In this document: one piece after another, positions 9,728-19,154 of the stretch
How the letters are laid out: the number at the start of each line of letters is the position of its first letter
Position numbering within the stretch: position 1 is the first letter of the stretch
Origin: an uncultured Methylomirabilota bacterium
GTDB taxonomy: Bacteria; Methylomirabilota; Methylomirabilia; Methylomirabilales; 2-02-FULL-66-22
Assembly: GCA_963845565.1 (NCBI GenBank)
Contig: CAWJSJ010000001.1
Location: 512,001 to 576,000 of the forward strand
Length of the DNA stretch: 64,000 nucleotides
Direction: 5' to 3'
The notes under the pieces: model-generated
The model's input: the letters and a program-made list of their open reading frames with translations, nothing else
Databases searched by the model: none
What the model was told of the DNA's origin: nothing
Program-made: the position numbers and the translations under genes

Positions 9728-10717
9728 ATGAAAAGGAATCGCGTGGGTATTCCGCTTGCCTTACTCTTATTGGCGGTGTTCGCCGCGCCGGTGCTCGCGG
9801 TGGATATGGGCTTGATCACCGGGTCGGACAAAGGCACCTATTACCAGTTCGGCCTGAACCTGCAGGGCTTGGTCAAACAGGGGGACATCGATCTCAACGT
9901 CTATACCTCAAAAGGCTCGGTCGAGAACATCTACGCGGTCTTCCAGCGACCGGCCACACAGATGGGAATCGTGCAGTCGGATGTGCTCGCTTTTGTCTCG
10001 CGGGTGCAAACCGATCCGGTACTCAAGCGGATCGCGAAGAAGATCAAGATGGTGTTTCCGCTCTACAACGAGGAGATCCACGTGCTGGGCCGTAGCGACA
10101 TCGTGGATTTCGACGATCTGGCGGACAGGCGGGTGGCCATCGGGCGAGAAGGGAGCGGGACGTACCTGACGGCGAGGTTGCTCTTCAAGGTGTCCGAGGT
10201 GCAGCCGAAGGAGATGGTACTCATCGACACCGACGAGGCGTTGGCCGAGCTGAAGGCGGGGCGCATCGACGCCATGTTCTATGTTGCCGGGTATCCGGTC
10301 AAGTTGTTTGCGGAGGGCGTGACCGGCACCGACGGACTGGCGCTGATTCCGATCACCAACAAGAGCATCGTGGAATTCTATCCCACGGTCGAGATCCCGG
10401 CGCGGACGTACAGTTGGCAGGCCAACCCGCTGAATACGGTTGCGGTCAAAGCGGTCCTGGTGTCGTACGACTTCCGGCGGGCCGACTGCGACTACGTGGG
10501 GCGATTCTCCCAGATCCTGCAGAGCAATCTGGAATGGCTCAAGCGGAACGGCCATCCGAAGTGGAAGTTCGTCGATTTGGAGTATCCCCTGAAGGGCTGG
10601 GAGCAATACGATTGCGTCCGAAAGTACACGCAGAAGCCCGGCAAGACGACACCGACCAAGCCGAAGGCCGCCGCCAATCCAGTGCTGGACGCGATCAAGG
10701 ACATGCTGAGTGAGTGA
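9728..10717 (+). CDS. TAXI-family TRAP transporter solute-binding protein
   Basis: Signal peptide; ITGSDKGTYY, SKGSVENI, IVQSD, PLYNEEIH, GREGSGT, IDAMFYVAG. Confidence 0.88.
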   Translation: MKRNRVGIPLALLLLAVFAAPVLAVDMGLITGSDKGTYYQFGLNLQGLVKQGDIDLNVYTSKGSVENIYAVFQRPATQMGIVQSDVLAFVSRVQTDPVLKRIAKKIKMVFPLYNEEIHVLGRSDIVDFDDLADRRVAIGREGSGTYLTARLLFKVSEVQPKEMVLIDTDEALAELKAGRIDAMFYVAGYPVKLFAEGVTGTDGLALIPITNKSIVEFYPTVEIPARTYSWQANPLNTVAVKAVLVSYDFRRADCDYVGRFSQILQSNLEWLKRNGHPKWKFVDLEYPLKGWEQYDCVRKYTQKPGKTTPTKPKAAANPVLDAIKDMLSE

Positions 10718-10866
10718 CGACCTCGGCGGACGTCGGCCGCGCGACGCGTCTGTCCGGGCACGCGGGTGATCGCGGCGGAGATGCGCTTTGGGCCGTTGGT
10801 AGGGCCAGGCCACGCGCACACCGGAGCGCCGGTGGTACGAGGCCCGACCTGGCAAGGGTTTTCGAG

Positions 10867-12294
10867 ATGACCACCACCATGGCACCGCAAATGGCGACTG
10901 GCGGCGGACAGCCGGTCGGCAGCGAGGTGCCTCGGCCGGCCGGCCGTCTGTCGGTGCGAGAGAGCGAGCGACCCGGTCGCGTGCCGGGGCAGTTGATCGC
11001 GGGTCGCTTCCGCGTCATTCAGGCGCTTGGCGCGGGAAGTCTTGGAGCGGTGTACCTCTGCGTGGAGACCGCGACGGCCAAGACGGTCGCGGTCAAGGTG
11101 TTTCGCCGCGACCTTGCGAAGGACCCGGAGTTCTCCGACGCCCTCCGGATTCAAGCGGCGCGCGCCATCGCGCTCGGCGAACGGCACGACGGCATCGTCC
11201 GGGTCCACGAATGCGGCCGGTCGTCCGACGGGACCCTGTTCGTCGTGATGGAATGCGTCAAAGGCCGAAGCCTCGCGGACATCATCCGTGCAGACGGCCC
11301 CCTGGAGGTCCGGCGAACCTTACGTCTGTGCGGTCAGGTGGTCTCGGCGCTGGAGGCGGCGCACGGGATGGGCGTGGTGCACGGGGATCTCCGGCCGCAC
11401 CAGGTGATGGTCGCAGGCTCGGGGGACGGGGAGGTCGTCAAGCTGAAGGGGTTCGAGGCATCAGGCGCCAAAGAGATCGGCCTGGCGGGTCACTTGCGCC
11501 GCGCCGGAGTCGTCCCATCCTTTCCGGAGTATACCGCGCCGGAGGAGATCGAGGGGGATGTCGTCACTCCTCGAACGGACATCTATGCGCTCGGCGTGGT
11601 GCTTTTCGAGATGCTGAGCGGAGCCGCGCCGTTTCGAGGAACCACGCCGGACGGGGTCCTGGCCAGACACCTTCAGGACACGGCCGCACCGGTCGATTCG
11701 CTCCGAACGGGTATCCCGGCCGTGGTGGCCCTCCGGGTGAGCCAGGCACTGGAAAAGGAGCCGGAGAAGCGCCAGCGATACGTCGGCGATGTCATCAACG
11801 AGTATCTCTTCGATCTGGCAGTCGACGAGTTGTTGGACGCGGCAGCACGGAATCGCCCTTGGGCCGTCCGGAAGATGTCTGCGGCGGTTCAGGCCTGCCT
11901 GCCCAGAGCGAGCGAGGACGGCGAGGAGCGGACGGTCGGGAGGATCGTCCTGAAGACCCTGGCCGGCGCGGCGGTCGCCACTGCCGTGCTCGGTCCGGTG
12001 GCCTGGATCGCGTCGCCGTTCTGGCTGCCCGTATTCCGGACGACGGCGTCGGTCGGATCGACGGTCACCGATGCCCGCGACGCAGAGCGGGGTGGAGGGA
12101 GCGGACCGGTGAGTCCGTCCATACCGACCATCCCGGCCGACGCTCCGGTGGAGACCGTAGACGCGGACAGCACGCCGACGCAAACCCCGGACGAGGTCCG
12201 CGAGCAGAAGCGGTCTGCCACCGTTCGGGCCCGACAGGATGGGAGAACGTCGTCCACGGTGAGCGGGACCGCGGGGCGCGAACCGCGCGCATGA
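10867..12294 (+). CDS. Hanks-type Ser/Thr kinase-like membrane protein, probable pseudokinase; C-terminus may continue to 12479 via a frameshift
   Basis: LGAGSLGAVY, VAVK, VHGDLRPHQV, YTAPEE, DIYALGVVLFEMLSG; TM segment; start uncertain. Confidence 0.82.
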   Translation: MTTTMAPQMATGGGQPVGSEVPRPAGRLSVRESERPGRVPGQLIAGRFRVIQALGAGSLGAVYLCVETATAKTVAVKVFRRDLAKDPEFSDALRIQAARAIALGERHDGIVRVHECGRSSDGTLFVVMECVKGRSLADIIRADGPLEVRRTLRLCGQVVSALEAAHGMGVVHGDLRPHQVMVAGSGDGEVVKLKGFEASGAKEIGLAGHLRRAGVVPSFPEYTAPEEIEGDVVTPRTDIYALGVVLFEMLSGAAPFRGTTPDGVLARHLQDTAAPVDSLRTGIPAVVALRVSQALEKEPEKRQRYVGDVINEYLFDLAVDELLDAAARNRPWAVRKMSAAVQACLPRASEDGEERTVGRIVLKTLAGAAVATAVLGPVAWIASPFWLPVFRTTASVGSTVTDARDAERGGGSGPVSPSIPTIPADAPVETVDADSTPTQTPDEVREQKRSATVRARQDGRTSSTVSGTAGREPRA

Positions 12295-12648
12295 AGGGTG
12301 CTCCGCCGCGAAGTGCGCGACGGACGGATCAACCGCCGATCTCGGCCGCCGTGGGGCCAAACGCCCGGCCCGACCGATCCGCCGGTGAACCGGTGGCTCC
12401 TCGCCGCGAGGCGCTACCGTCCCGCGGAGAGGTGACCGACCCCGGGGCGATCATCGACTGGCTGCTGCGGGGACGGTGACCGGATCGTCCGTCGTGACCC
12501 ATGGAACGTCCCGTGCCCTTCCTTCCTCGGCGGGTCGAGTGGTCCTCATTTCGCAGTGCGATGCCCTCCGGTCCGGCCCACAAGGTCTGGTTGACCCTCC
12601 GGGACGCTGTTGTTCGGTGTGGGCGGTGCCGGTGTCGATGGGAGACTC

Positions 12649-13257
12649 ATGCGGCGCGCCATCGTGCACTTGAAGCACGCGGACCCGGTCCTGCGGGGAA
12701 TCATCGAGCGGGTCGGACCCTGCCGGATCCAGTTTGCGGAGCCGGATTTCGAGACGTTGGCACGGAGCATCGTGTTTCAGCAACTCAGCGGCGCGTCGGC
12801 GCGCGCGATCTTCTCTCGTGTGAAGACGGCAACGAGCGGCAACGGACGGATGACGCCGGGAGGGATTCTGTCGCTCGGGGACCGGGAGCTTCGCGCCGCC
12901 GGGCTGTCCCAGCAGAAAACGACGTACCTCCGCGCTCTGGCCGAGCGGACCCGGCGCGGGCAGATCGATTTCACCCGACTGCCGTCACTCGCCGACCGAG
13001 AGGTGATCGAGCACCTTGTGGTCGTGAAAGGCGTAGGGGTGTGGACGGCGCAGATGTTCCTGCTCTTTGCCCTGCGACGACCCGACGTCCTTGCGACGGG
13101 CGATCTCGGGGTTCGATCCGCCATCCGCGCCGCCTATCGGCTTCGGACGCTTCCGACCGCTGCCAGGATCGAGAAACTTGCGATCGGGTGGCATCCTTAC
13201 TGTAGCGTCGCATGCTGGTACCTCTGGCGAAGCCTCGAGGCTATCCCGCCTGCCTGA
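12649..13257 (+). CDS. alkA: DNA-3-methyladenine glycosylase II (HhH-GPD)
   Basis: LARSIVFQQLSG, GLSQQK, VKGVGVWTAQMFLLF.L.RPDV...DLG, WHPYCS.A.WYLW. Confidence 0.88.
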   Translation: MRRAIVHLKHADPVLRGIIERVGPCRIQFAEPDFETLARSIVFQQLSGASARAIFSRVKTATSGNGRMTPGGILSLGDRELRAAGLSQQKTTYLRALAERTRRGQIDFTRLPSLADREVIEHLVVVKGVGVWTAQMFLLFALRRPDVLATGDLGVRSAIRAAYRLRTLPTAARIEKLAIGWHPYCSVACWYLWRSLEAIPPA

Positions 13258-13363
13258 CCCGTTGATCGAGATTGAACCTGCGTTCCGACACTGATTCAGC
13301 GCCGACTTTCCCCTTGGGTTCGGCGGCGCGTGGTGGTACCTTAACGGCTCTTCGGGAGATCGT

Positions 13364-14572
13364 ATGAGCTGTGTGATGATTCACTATAACGAGATCGGGC
13401 TGAAGGGCAAGAACCAGCCCCTCTTCCTGCGCCGGCTGGAGGCGAATCTTCTCCAGGCGACGGCGGGGACGGGTGTTCGGCGCGTCGACGAGCGTTCGGG
13501 ACGCATGGTGCTGTCGCTCGCCCGGGATGCCGACTGGTCCGCCATTCGGGAGCGCGTGCGCTGCGTTTTCGGTGTGGCCAACTTCTCGCTGGCGGAGCGC
13601 ACGGAGCTCGATATGGCGGCTCTCAAGGCGGCGGTGGACCGCACGCTGGCGGGTCGCGCCTTCGGGTCCTTCCGGGTGGCCACGCGCCGGGCGTACAAGC
13701 CGTTTCCGTTGAACTCGGAGGAGATCAACCGCGAGATCGGCGCCCATGTGGTCGCCGGAACGCAGGCCCGCGTGAGCCTCGACTGCCCCGACCTGACCAT
13801 CCACGTCGAGGTGCTACCCCGGGACATCTATTTCTCGTACGGCCGGGAGGCGGGCCCCGGGGGTCTGCCCGTCGGGGTGAGCGGAAACGTGGTGGTCCTG
13901 CTGTCGGGCGGCATCGACTCGCCGGTGGCCGCCCATCGGCTGATGAAGCGAGGCTGTCGAGCGGTCTTCGTCCATTTTCATAGTTTTCCGTTCCAGGACG
14001 CCACCTCACGGGCCAAGGCGGCGGATCTGGTGCAATGCCTGACGCGGTTTCAATACCATTCGCGACTCTACCTGGTGCCGTTCGGCGAGGTGCAGCGCGA
14101 GATCGTGGCCGGGGCGCCGGGTCCACTGCGGGTGGTGCTGTATCGGCGGTTCATGGCCCGTATCGCGGCGGAGATCGCGCGACGGGAGGACGCCAAGGCC
14201 CTGGTGACCGGCGAAAGCTTGGGACAGGTCGCCTCCCAGACCTTGGAGAATCTGGCGGTGATTGAAGAAGCGGTCGAGATGCCGGTCCTGCGTCCGCTCA
14301 TCGGCAGCGACAAGGAGGAGATCGTCCAGCAGGCCCGCGCGCTGGGGAGCTATCCCATCTCCATTCTGCCCGACCAAGACTGCTGCAGCCTGTTCGTCCC
14401 GCGCCACCCGGCGACGTTTTCCACTCTGGCGGAGATCCGACAGGCGGAATCTCGTCTGGACGTGGCGCGTCTGGTGCGCGTGGCGGGGGAGCAGGTGGAG
14501 ATCCGGGCTTTCGAGTTTCCCGCGGCCGTCCCCGCAGCGCCGCCCGCGGCCACTGCCGCCTCCGCGGGCTGA
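13364..14572 (+). CDS. thiI: tRNA 4-thiouridine synthase (THUMP + PP-loop, no rhodanese domain)
   Basis: HYNEIGLKGKN, GGLPVG, LLSGGIDSPVA, TGESLGQVASQTL, DCC. Confidence 0.95.
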   Translation: MSCVMIHYNEIGLKGKNQPLFLRRLEANLLQATAGTGVRRVDERSGRMVLSLARDADWSAIRERVRCVFGVANFSLAERTELDMAALKAAVDRTLAGRAFGSFRVATRRAYKPFPLNSEEINREIGAHVVAGTQARVSLDCPDLTIHVEVLPRDIYFSYGREAGPGGLPVGVSGNVVVLLSGGIDSPVAAHRLMKRGCRAVFVHFHSFPFQDATSRAKAADLVQCLTRFQYHSRLYLVPFGEVQREIVAGAPGPLRVVLYRRFMARIAAEIARREDAKALVTGESLGQVASQTLENLAVIEEAVEMPVLRPLIGSDKEEIVQQARALGSYPISILPDQDCCSLFVPRHPATFSTLAEIRQAESRLDVARLVRVAGEQVEIRAFEFPAAVPAAPPAATAASAG

Positions 14573-14633
14573 GCGGCTGTCGTTTCCCGTGTCGAAACAC
14601 GGGGGTATCCGGACCCGCATGGAAGGAACAGTC

Positions 14634-16316
14634 GTGGAACAACTCAAGCAGGCATTAACCCTCGAACTGGGGGGGGCGCTCCAGCGCGCGGCAGCGGCGG
14701 AAGGTTGGCCGGCGGTGGCCACGCCCGAGGTGCAATGGGAGTATCCGCCCGATAGCGCATTCGGGGACCTGTCCACGCCGGTGAGCTTCGCGCTGGCCAA
14801 GCTGGTCCGTCGGAAGCCGCGGGATATCGCGGCGGCCCTGCAGCGGGCGATGACGATCGACCCCGCGCTGGTGGAGAAGGTCGAGATCGCGGGCGCCGGC
14901 TACCTGAACATCTTCGTGGCGAAGACGCGGTGGCAGGCCGTGATCCGAGAGGTCCTGGCGGCGGGCGGCGAATACGGCCGGGCGGACTCGGGTCAGGGGC
15001 AGCGCGTGCAGGTGGAATTCGTCAGCGCGAATCCTACCGGGCCGCTGCATGTCGGGCACGGACGCGGGGCGGCGCTGGGGGATGCCGTCGCCAGCTTACT
15101 GCAGGCGATCGGCTACCGGGTGGAACGCGAGTTCTACGTCAACGACGCGGGAACACAGGTGCGCCTGCTGGGCGGTTCGATCTGGGCGCGCCTCCAAGAG
15201 GCGGCCGGCCGGCCGGTCCCGTTCCCGGAGAATGGCTATCATGGGGAATACGTGCGGGATGTTGCCGCGCAGTTAGCCGCCGCCGATCCCGGGTTACGCG
15301 CGTTGCCGGGGGATCAGGGCGTGGCGGTCTGTGCCGAGCGCGGGTCTGCCATCCTGCTGGACGAGATCAAAACCGACCTGCGGCAGTTCGGGGTGATCTT
15401 CGATGCGTGGTTCTCGGAGCAGCGCCTGTTCGAGAGCGGGGAAGTGACCTCCGCGCTCGCGGCGCTGCGCGCCGGGGGGTACCTCTACGAGGATGGGACG
15501 GCCGTCGGGTTCCGTGCCAGCGATTTCGGCGACGAGAAGGATCGTATCCTGATTCGCAGCAGCGGCGAGCCGACCTATTTCACGTCCGACATCGCGTATC
15601 ACGCCAACAAGATTCGGCGTGGGTTCCAGAAACTCATCAACATCTGGGGCGCCGATCATGGCGGGTACATCCCGCGCGTCAAGGCGGCCATCCGCGCACT
15701 CGGACACGACCCCGAGATCCTCCAGGTCCTGCTGCTGCAGATGGTGCGCGTCCTGCGCGCAGGACAGCCGGTCCCCATGTCCAAGCGCTCCGGCCAGTTC
15801 GTCGAGCTGCGCGAAGTGGTGAACGAGGTCGGGAGGGATGCGGCGCGTTTTCTTTTTCTCACCCGGCGGTCGGAATCGCAGCTCGATTTCGACATCGAGG
15901 TGGCGAAGAAGCAGAGCATGGACAATCCGGTGTTCTACGTGCAGTACGCCCACGCCCGGGGGTGCAGCCTGGTGCGAAAGGCGGAAGAGGCAGGACTGAC
16001 GGGTCCCTACGGAGATGCGGACCTGGCGCTCCTGGCGCTGCCCGAGGAGGTGCAGATCATGAAGCACCTCGCCGTCTATCCCGAGACGGTGCAGAGCGCC
16101 GCACTGGCATGCGAGCCACACCGGGTGACCACATATCTGCAGGTGCTGGCGGCGGCCTTCCACGGCTATTTCACGCGCTACAAGGACAGCGAGGAGCGCG
16201 TCATCTCGGAGGACCGCGACCTGAGTCGGGCCCGCCTGGCGATGGTCGTGGCGGTCCGGCAGGTGGCGGCCAATGGGCTGGGTCTGCTGGGCGTCTCGGC
16301 GCCGGCGCGGATGTAA
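14634..16316 (+). CDS. argS: Arginine--tRNA ligase
   Basis: EFVSANPTGPLHVGHGR, WGADHGGY, MSKR, NPVFYVQYAHAR; alternative ATG at 14619. Confidence 0.97.
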   Translation: MEQLKQALTLELGGALQRAAAAEGWPAVATPEVQWEYPPDSAFGDLSTPVSFALAKLVRRKPRDIAAALQRAMTIDPALVEKVEIAGAGYLNIFVAKTRWQAVIREVLAAGGEYGRADSGQGQRVQVEFVSANPTGPLHVGHGRGAALGDAVASLLQAIGYRVEREFYVNDAGTQVRLLGGSIWARLQEAAGRPVPFPENGYHGEYVRDVAAQLAAADPGLRALPGDQGVAVCAERGSAILLDEIKTDLRQFGVIFDAWFSEQRLFESGEVTSALAALRAGGYLYEDGTAVGFRASDFGDEKDRILIRSSGEPTYFTSDIAYHANKIRRGFQKLINIWGADHGGYIPRVKAAIRALGHDPEILQVLLLQMVRVLRAGQPVPMSKRSGQFVELREVVNEVGRDAARFLFLTRRSESQLDFDIEVAKKQSMDNPVFYVQYAHARGCSLVRKAEEAGLTGPYGDADLALLALPEEVQIMKHLAVYPETVQSAALACEPHRVTTYLQVLAAAFHGYFTRYKDSEERVISEDRDLSRARLAMVVAVRQVAANGLGLLGVSAPARM

Positions 16317-16386
16317 CCCACCGCTGACCATCAACCGCGGACCAGCGTCAAGGTCCCTCCGCTCGTGCGGGCAGACGATCACCCCC

Positions 16387-17211
16387 ATGAAGGACATGCA
16401 ACGGCACCTCCGGGATATGTTCGAGGATGTCCGACGCTTCCTGGTATGCGAGGGCCTCGGCCGACTCGATGTCGTCCAGATGAACGCCAAGGGCGACGTG
16501 ACCAAGGAGTTCGATTTCCTGGCGGAGGCGCGGATCATCGAGTGGTGCCGGCAGGCGATCGCCGAGCCGGTCCGGATCCTCACCGAGGAGCGGGGCGAGG
16601 TGCGCACGCGGCCCGGGCGGGCGGCGTGGACGCTGATCGTGGACCCCGTGGACGGCTCGGAGAACTTCGCGCGCGGCAACGAGTGCTCCTCGGTCTCGCT
16701 GGCCGCATTGCCGGGGGATGAGATTCCGCACCCCGACGCCGTTTCCCATGCCTTGGTCGGTCGGATCTTCGGCGGGACCGTCCTGGAGGCGGTCAAGGGA
16801 AACGGTGCGTGGCGCAATGGCGTCCCCGTGCGGCCGTCCACGGTGCAGCGGATCGAGGATGCGGTCGTCGGCGTCGATTTCTTCTTTCCGGACCACCGGA
16901 ACGTGGCGCGGCTCGACGGGCTGCTTCGTGCGGCCCGGGATGTCCGTCGCTTCGGAACCGCCGCCGGGGAGTTGGCGATGGTCGCCTGCGGTGGGCTGGA
17001 CGCGTATGTGGATGTGCGGGACGCCTTGACCCCGGAGAACTACATGGCGAGCGTCCTCATCATCGCCGAAGCGGGCGGGGTGGTCTCCGATCGGGTGGGC
17101 CGCCCGCTGGCGCCCATCACATCCATGACGCAGAGTCAGAACGTGGTGGCTGCAGCCAATCCGACGCTGCACCGCCAGATTCTCGGGGTGCTGGACGGCC
17201 GGTCACCGTGA
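16387..17211 (+). CDS. Inositol monophosphatase / FBPase-like (FIG superfamily) phosphatase
   Basis: D..AE, ILTEE, IVDPVDGSENF, R.FG.AA.ELA.VA.G.LDAYVD, EAGGVVSD. Confidence 0.85.
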   Translation: MKDMQRHLRDMFEDVRRFLVCEGLGRLDVVQMNAKGDVTKEFDFLAEARIIEWCRQAIAEPVRILTEERGEVRTRPGRAAWTLIVDPVDGSENFARGNECSSVSLAALPGDEIPHPDAVSHALVGRIFGGTVLEAVKGNGAWRNGVPVRPSTVQRIEDAVVGVDFFFPDHRNVARLDGLLRAARDVRRFGTAAGELAMVACGGLDAYVDVRDALTPENYMASVLIIAEAGGVVSDRVGRPLAPITSMTQSQNVVAAANPTLHRQILGVLDGRSP

Positions 17212-17371
17212 CGGGATCCGTCGGGTTCTCCGGCGGCAGACCGATCGGGTCGGGGGTGTGTCCGGGGCGCCGCGCGCCCTGCGGTTCGGTGCGGTCCGGT
17301 TGACGTTGAGGATCTTGCACGAGATCCCGGTGGGTGCCGGGATCCTCGCTCACCGAGAAGGAGAATGCGGC

Positions 17372-18844
17372 ATGGACGGAATCGCCGGTTGCTATCGCCC
17401 GGGAGACCCCAACCTGGTCCAGAAGATCTTCCTGGCCACAGGGGCGGTACAGCATCGCGGGAAGGCGAGCGCGGGATTGGCCGTCGGGGGCACGAAGGGG
17501 ATCTACCTTCACAAGGGCATCGGTGGGATTGTGGACGTGGGGGACGAGGACATCCTGCGCATCTTCCAGGATCTGGAACCCGTCGCCGCCATCGGCAGCG
17601 TCGGTTACACCAAGAACAAGATCCCCGAGAAGCGGAACGCCGAACCGATCCTGGTCGAACCCAAAGCGAGCTCGACCTATACCGTGGTTCTCGCGATGAA
17701 CGGACGTATTCTCGAGGACGACGAGTTGCGGGCCGAGCTGGAGGACGCGTACAGCTTCAACACCGTCAATGCCACCGAAGTCGTCGGGGCCTTGCTTCAC
17801 CGCTGCGTCGAAGAGGAGGGAGCGAGCTTCGCCGCGGGCCGGAAGCTGGTGGACATCCTGCACGGGTGCGGTACGTTTTCCCTCGCTGCCCTCGTGCATG
17901 ATGGCGCCGAGACCGCACTCCTCACCCTGAACGACAGCCGGGCGTTCGAGCCGTTCTGTTTCGGTATGGTGGACGGGACGTTTCTCGCCTCGTCGGAGAG
18001 CTGTTCTCACCGCCGGCTCGGCGGGTTCCCGGAGCGCGAGTACGCCGGGGCGGAGATGACCATCTGCTCGTCGCGCGGTGTGGAGACCCAACGAGTCCGG
18101 ACGGAGACGGAAATGCCGGATGTCTTCCAGGCGGTCTACTTCGGGAACGCCGGCTCCCTCTACCGAGGGGAGGAGATCTTCCGGCTTCGCATGGGGCTCG
18201 GGCACGTGCTGGCCAAGCGGTATGGCGACACCGACGCCGATGTGATCATTCCGAACCCGGAGTCCGGGCGCGGCGTCTCCCACGGCATCGCCGAAGGGCT
18301 CGGGAAGCCGTTGCTTCCTGGGCTTGCCAAGCAGTCCCAGGCCATCCGCACCTTTCAGGAGGCGGGGCGGAGCAAGCGGATGCGGGAAGTGGCGGTCAAG
18401 TTCGCCGCCATGGACTCGGTCCTCGCCGGGCGACGCATCATCATGGGGGACGATTCCATCGTCAAAGGAAGCGTGAGCGAGGGCGGTGCGGTCTGGAGCG
18501 TCTACAACGCCGGGGCGGTAACACTGGAGTTTTGGGTTTCGTACGGCCCCATGTTTTTCCCCTCCTTCAAGGAGTGGCGCCGCGGCCGGGAGTGCCTGGA
18601 CGAGTTGGCCGTGCAGCGGGCATTCCGTGGCGACAACCCGTACGACAAGACGCCGGAGGGGATCAACGCCAAGGTGGCTGCCCTGTTGGGGGTGGATCGG
18701 GTCTGTTACAATACGTTCGAGGGCGTGAGAGCGGTCATCGGTCCGGGTTCGTACCAGGCGCTCGACGCGTCCTATCCCGTCGCGGAACGGTTTTGGCCCG
18801 CCTGGCTCAAGGAGGAAGTGGAGCACTTCAGCCACTATCGCTGA
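17372..18844 (+). CDS. Amidophosphoribosyltransferase-like protein (divergent PurF paralogue)
   Basis: AAGGAG RBS; MDGIAG, QHRGKASAG, ASSESC, IPNPESG, RTF, DDSIVKG align with PurF at 27674. Confidence 0.85.
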   Translation: MDGIAGCYRPGDPNLVQKIFLATGAVQHRGKASAGLAVGGTKGIYLHKGIGGIVDVGDEDILRIFQDLEPVAAIGSVGYTKNKIPEKRNAEPILVEPKASSTYTVVLAMNGRILEDDELRAELEDAYSFNTVNATEVVGALLHRCVEEEGASFAAGRKLVDILHGCGTFSLAALVHDGAETALLTLNDSRAFEPFCFGMVDGTFLASSESCSHRRLGGFPEREYAGAEMTICSSRGVETQRVRTETEMPDVFQAVYFGNAGSLYRGEEIFRLRMGLGHVLAKRYGDTDADVIIPNPESGRGVSHGIAEGLGKPLLPGLAKQSQAIRTFQEAGRSKRMREVAVKFAAMDSVLAGRRIIMGDDSIVKGSVSEGGAVWSVYNAGAVTLEFWVSYGPMFFPSFKEWRRGRECLDELAVQRAFRGDNPYDKTPEGINAKVAALLGVDRVCYNTFEGVRAVIGPGSYQALDASYPVAERFWPAWLKEEVEHFSHYR

Positions 18845-19154
18845 AGCCAAAGGGGGTTGTTTGACAAAGCGCGACGGCCGCGCATTCCCGATCCGCGTAC
18901 CGCGCAGGAGGGATTCATCACGAACTGATTACAACGCGCGATTCGGCGTTGCCATTCCGAGTCGCGTATAACAGAATGGACTTCAGCGAGCGCACCGGGG
19001 ATGTTCGTACCGAGCCGCCGTGCGCGGAAAGCGGAGCGGGAGCAGAACGTCTGCAGTGTGGAATCGCTCCCGAATCGATCATCGCGGGAATCCGCCGCCG
19101 TACTGCAGGCAACCTGCACCGGTCAACGGCGGTCCAAGACGATAGGTGTGAAGC

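Noticed and set aside
18845..19154. Regulatory RNA or small ORF upstream of the hydrogenase operon
   Set aside because: Only a weak promoter candidate (TTGCCA-N17-CAGAAT) and short ORFs without motifs; not supportable
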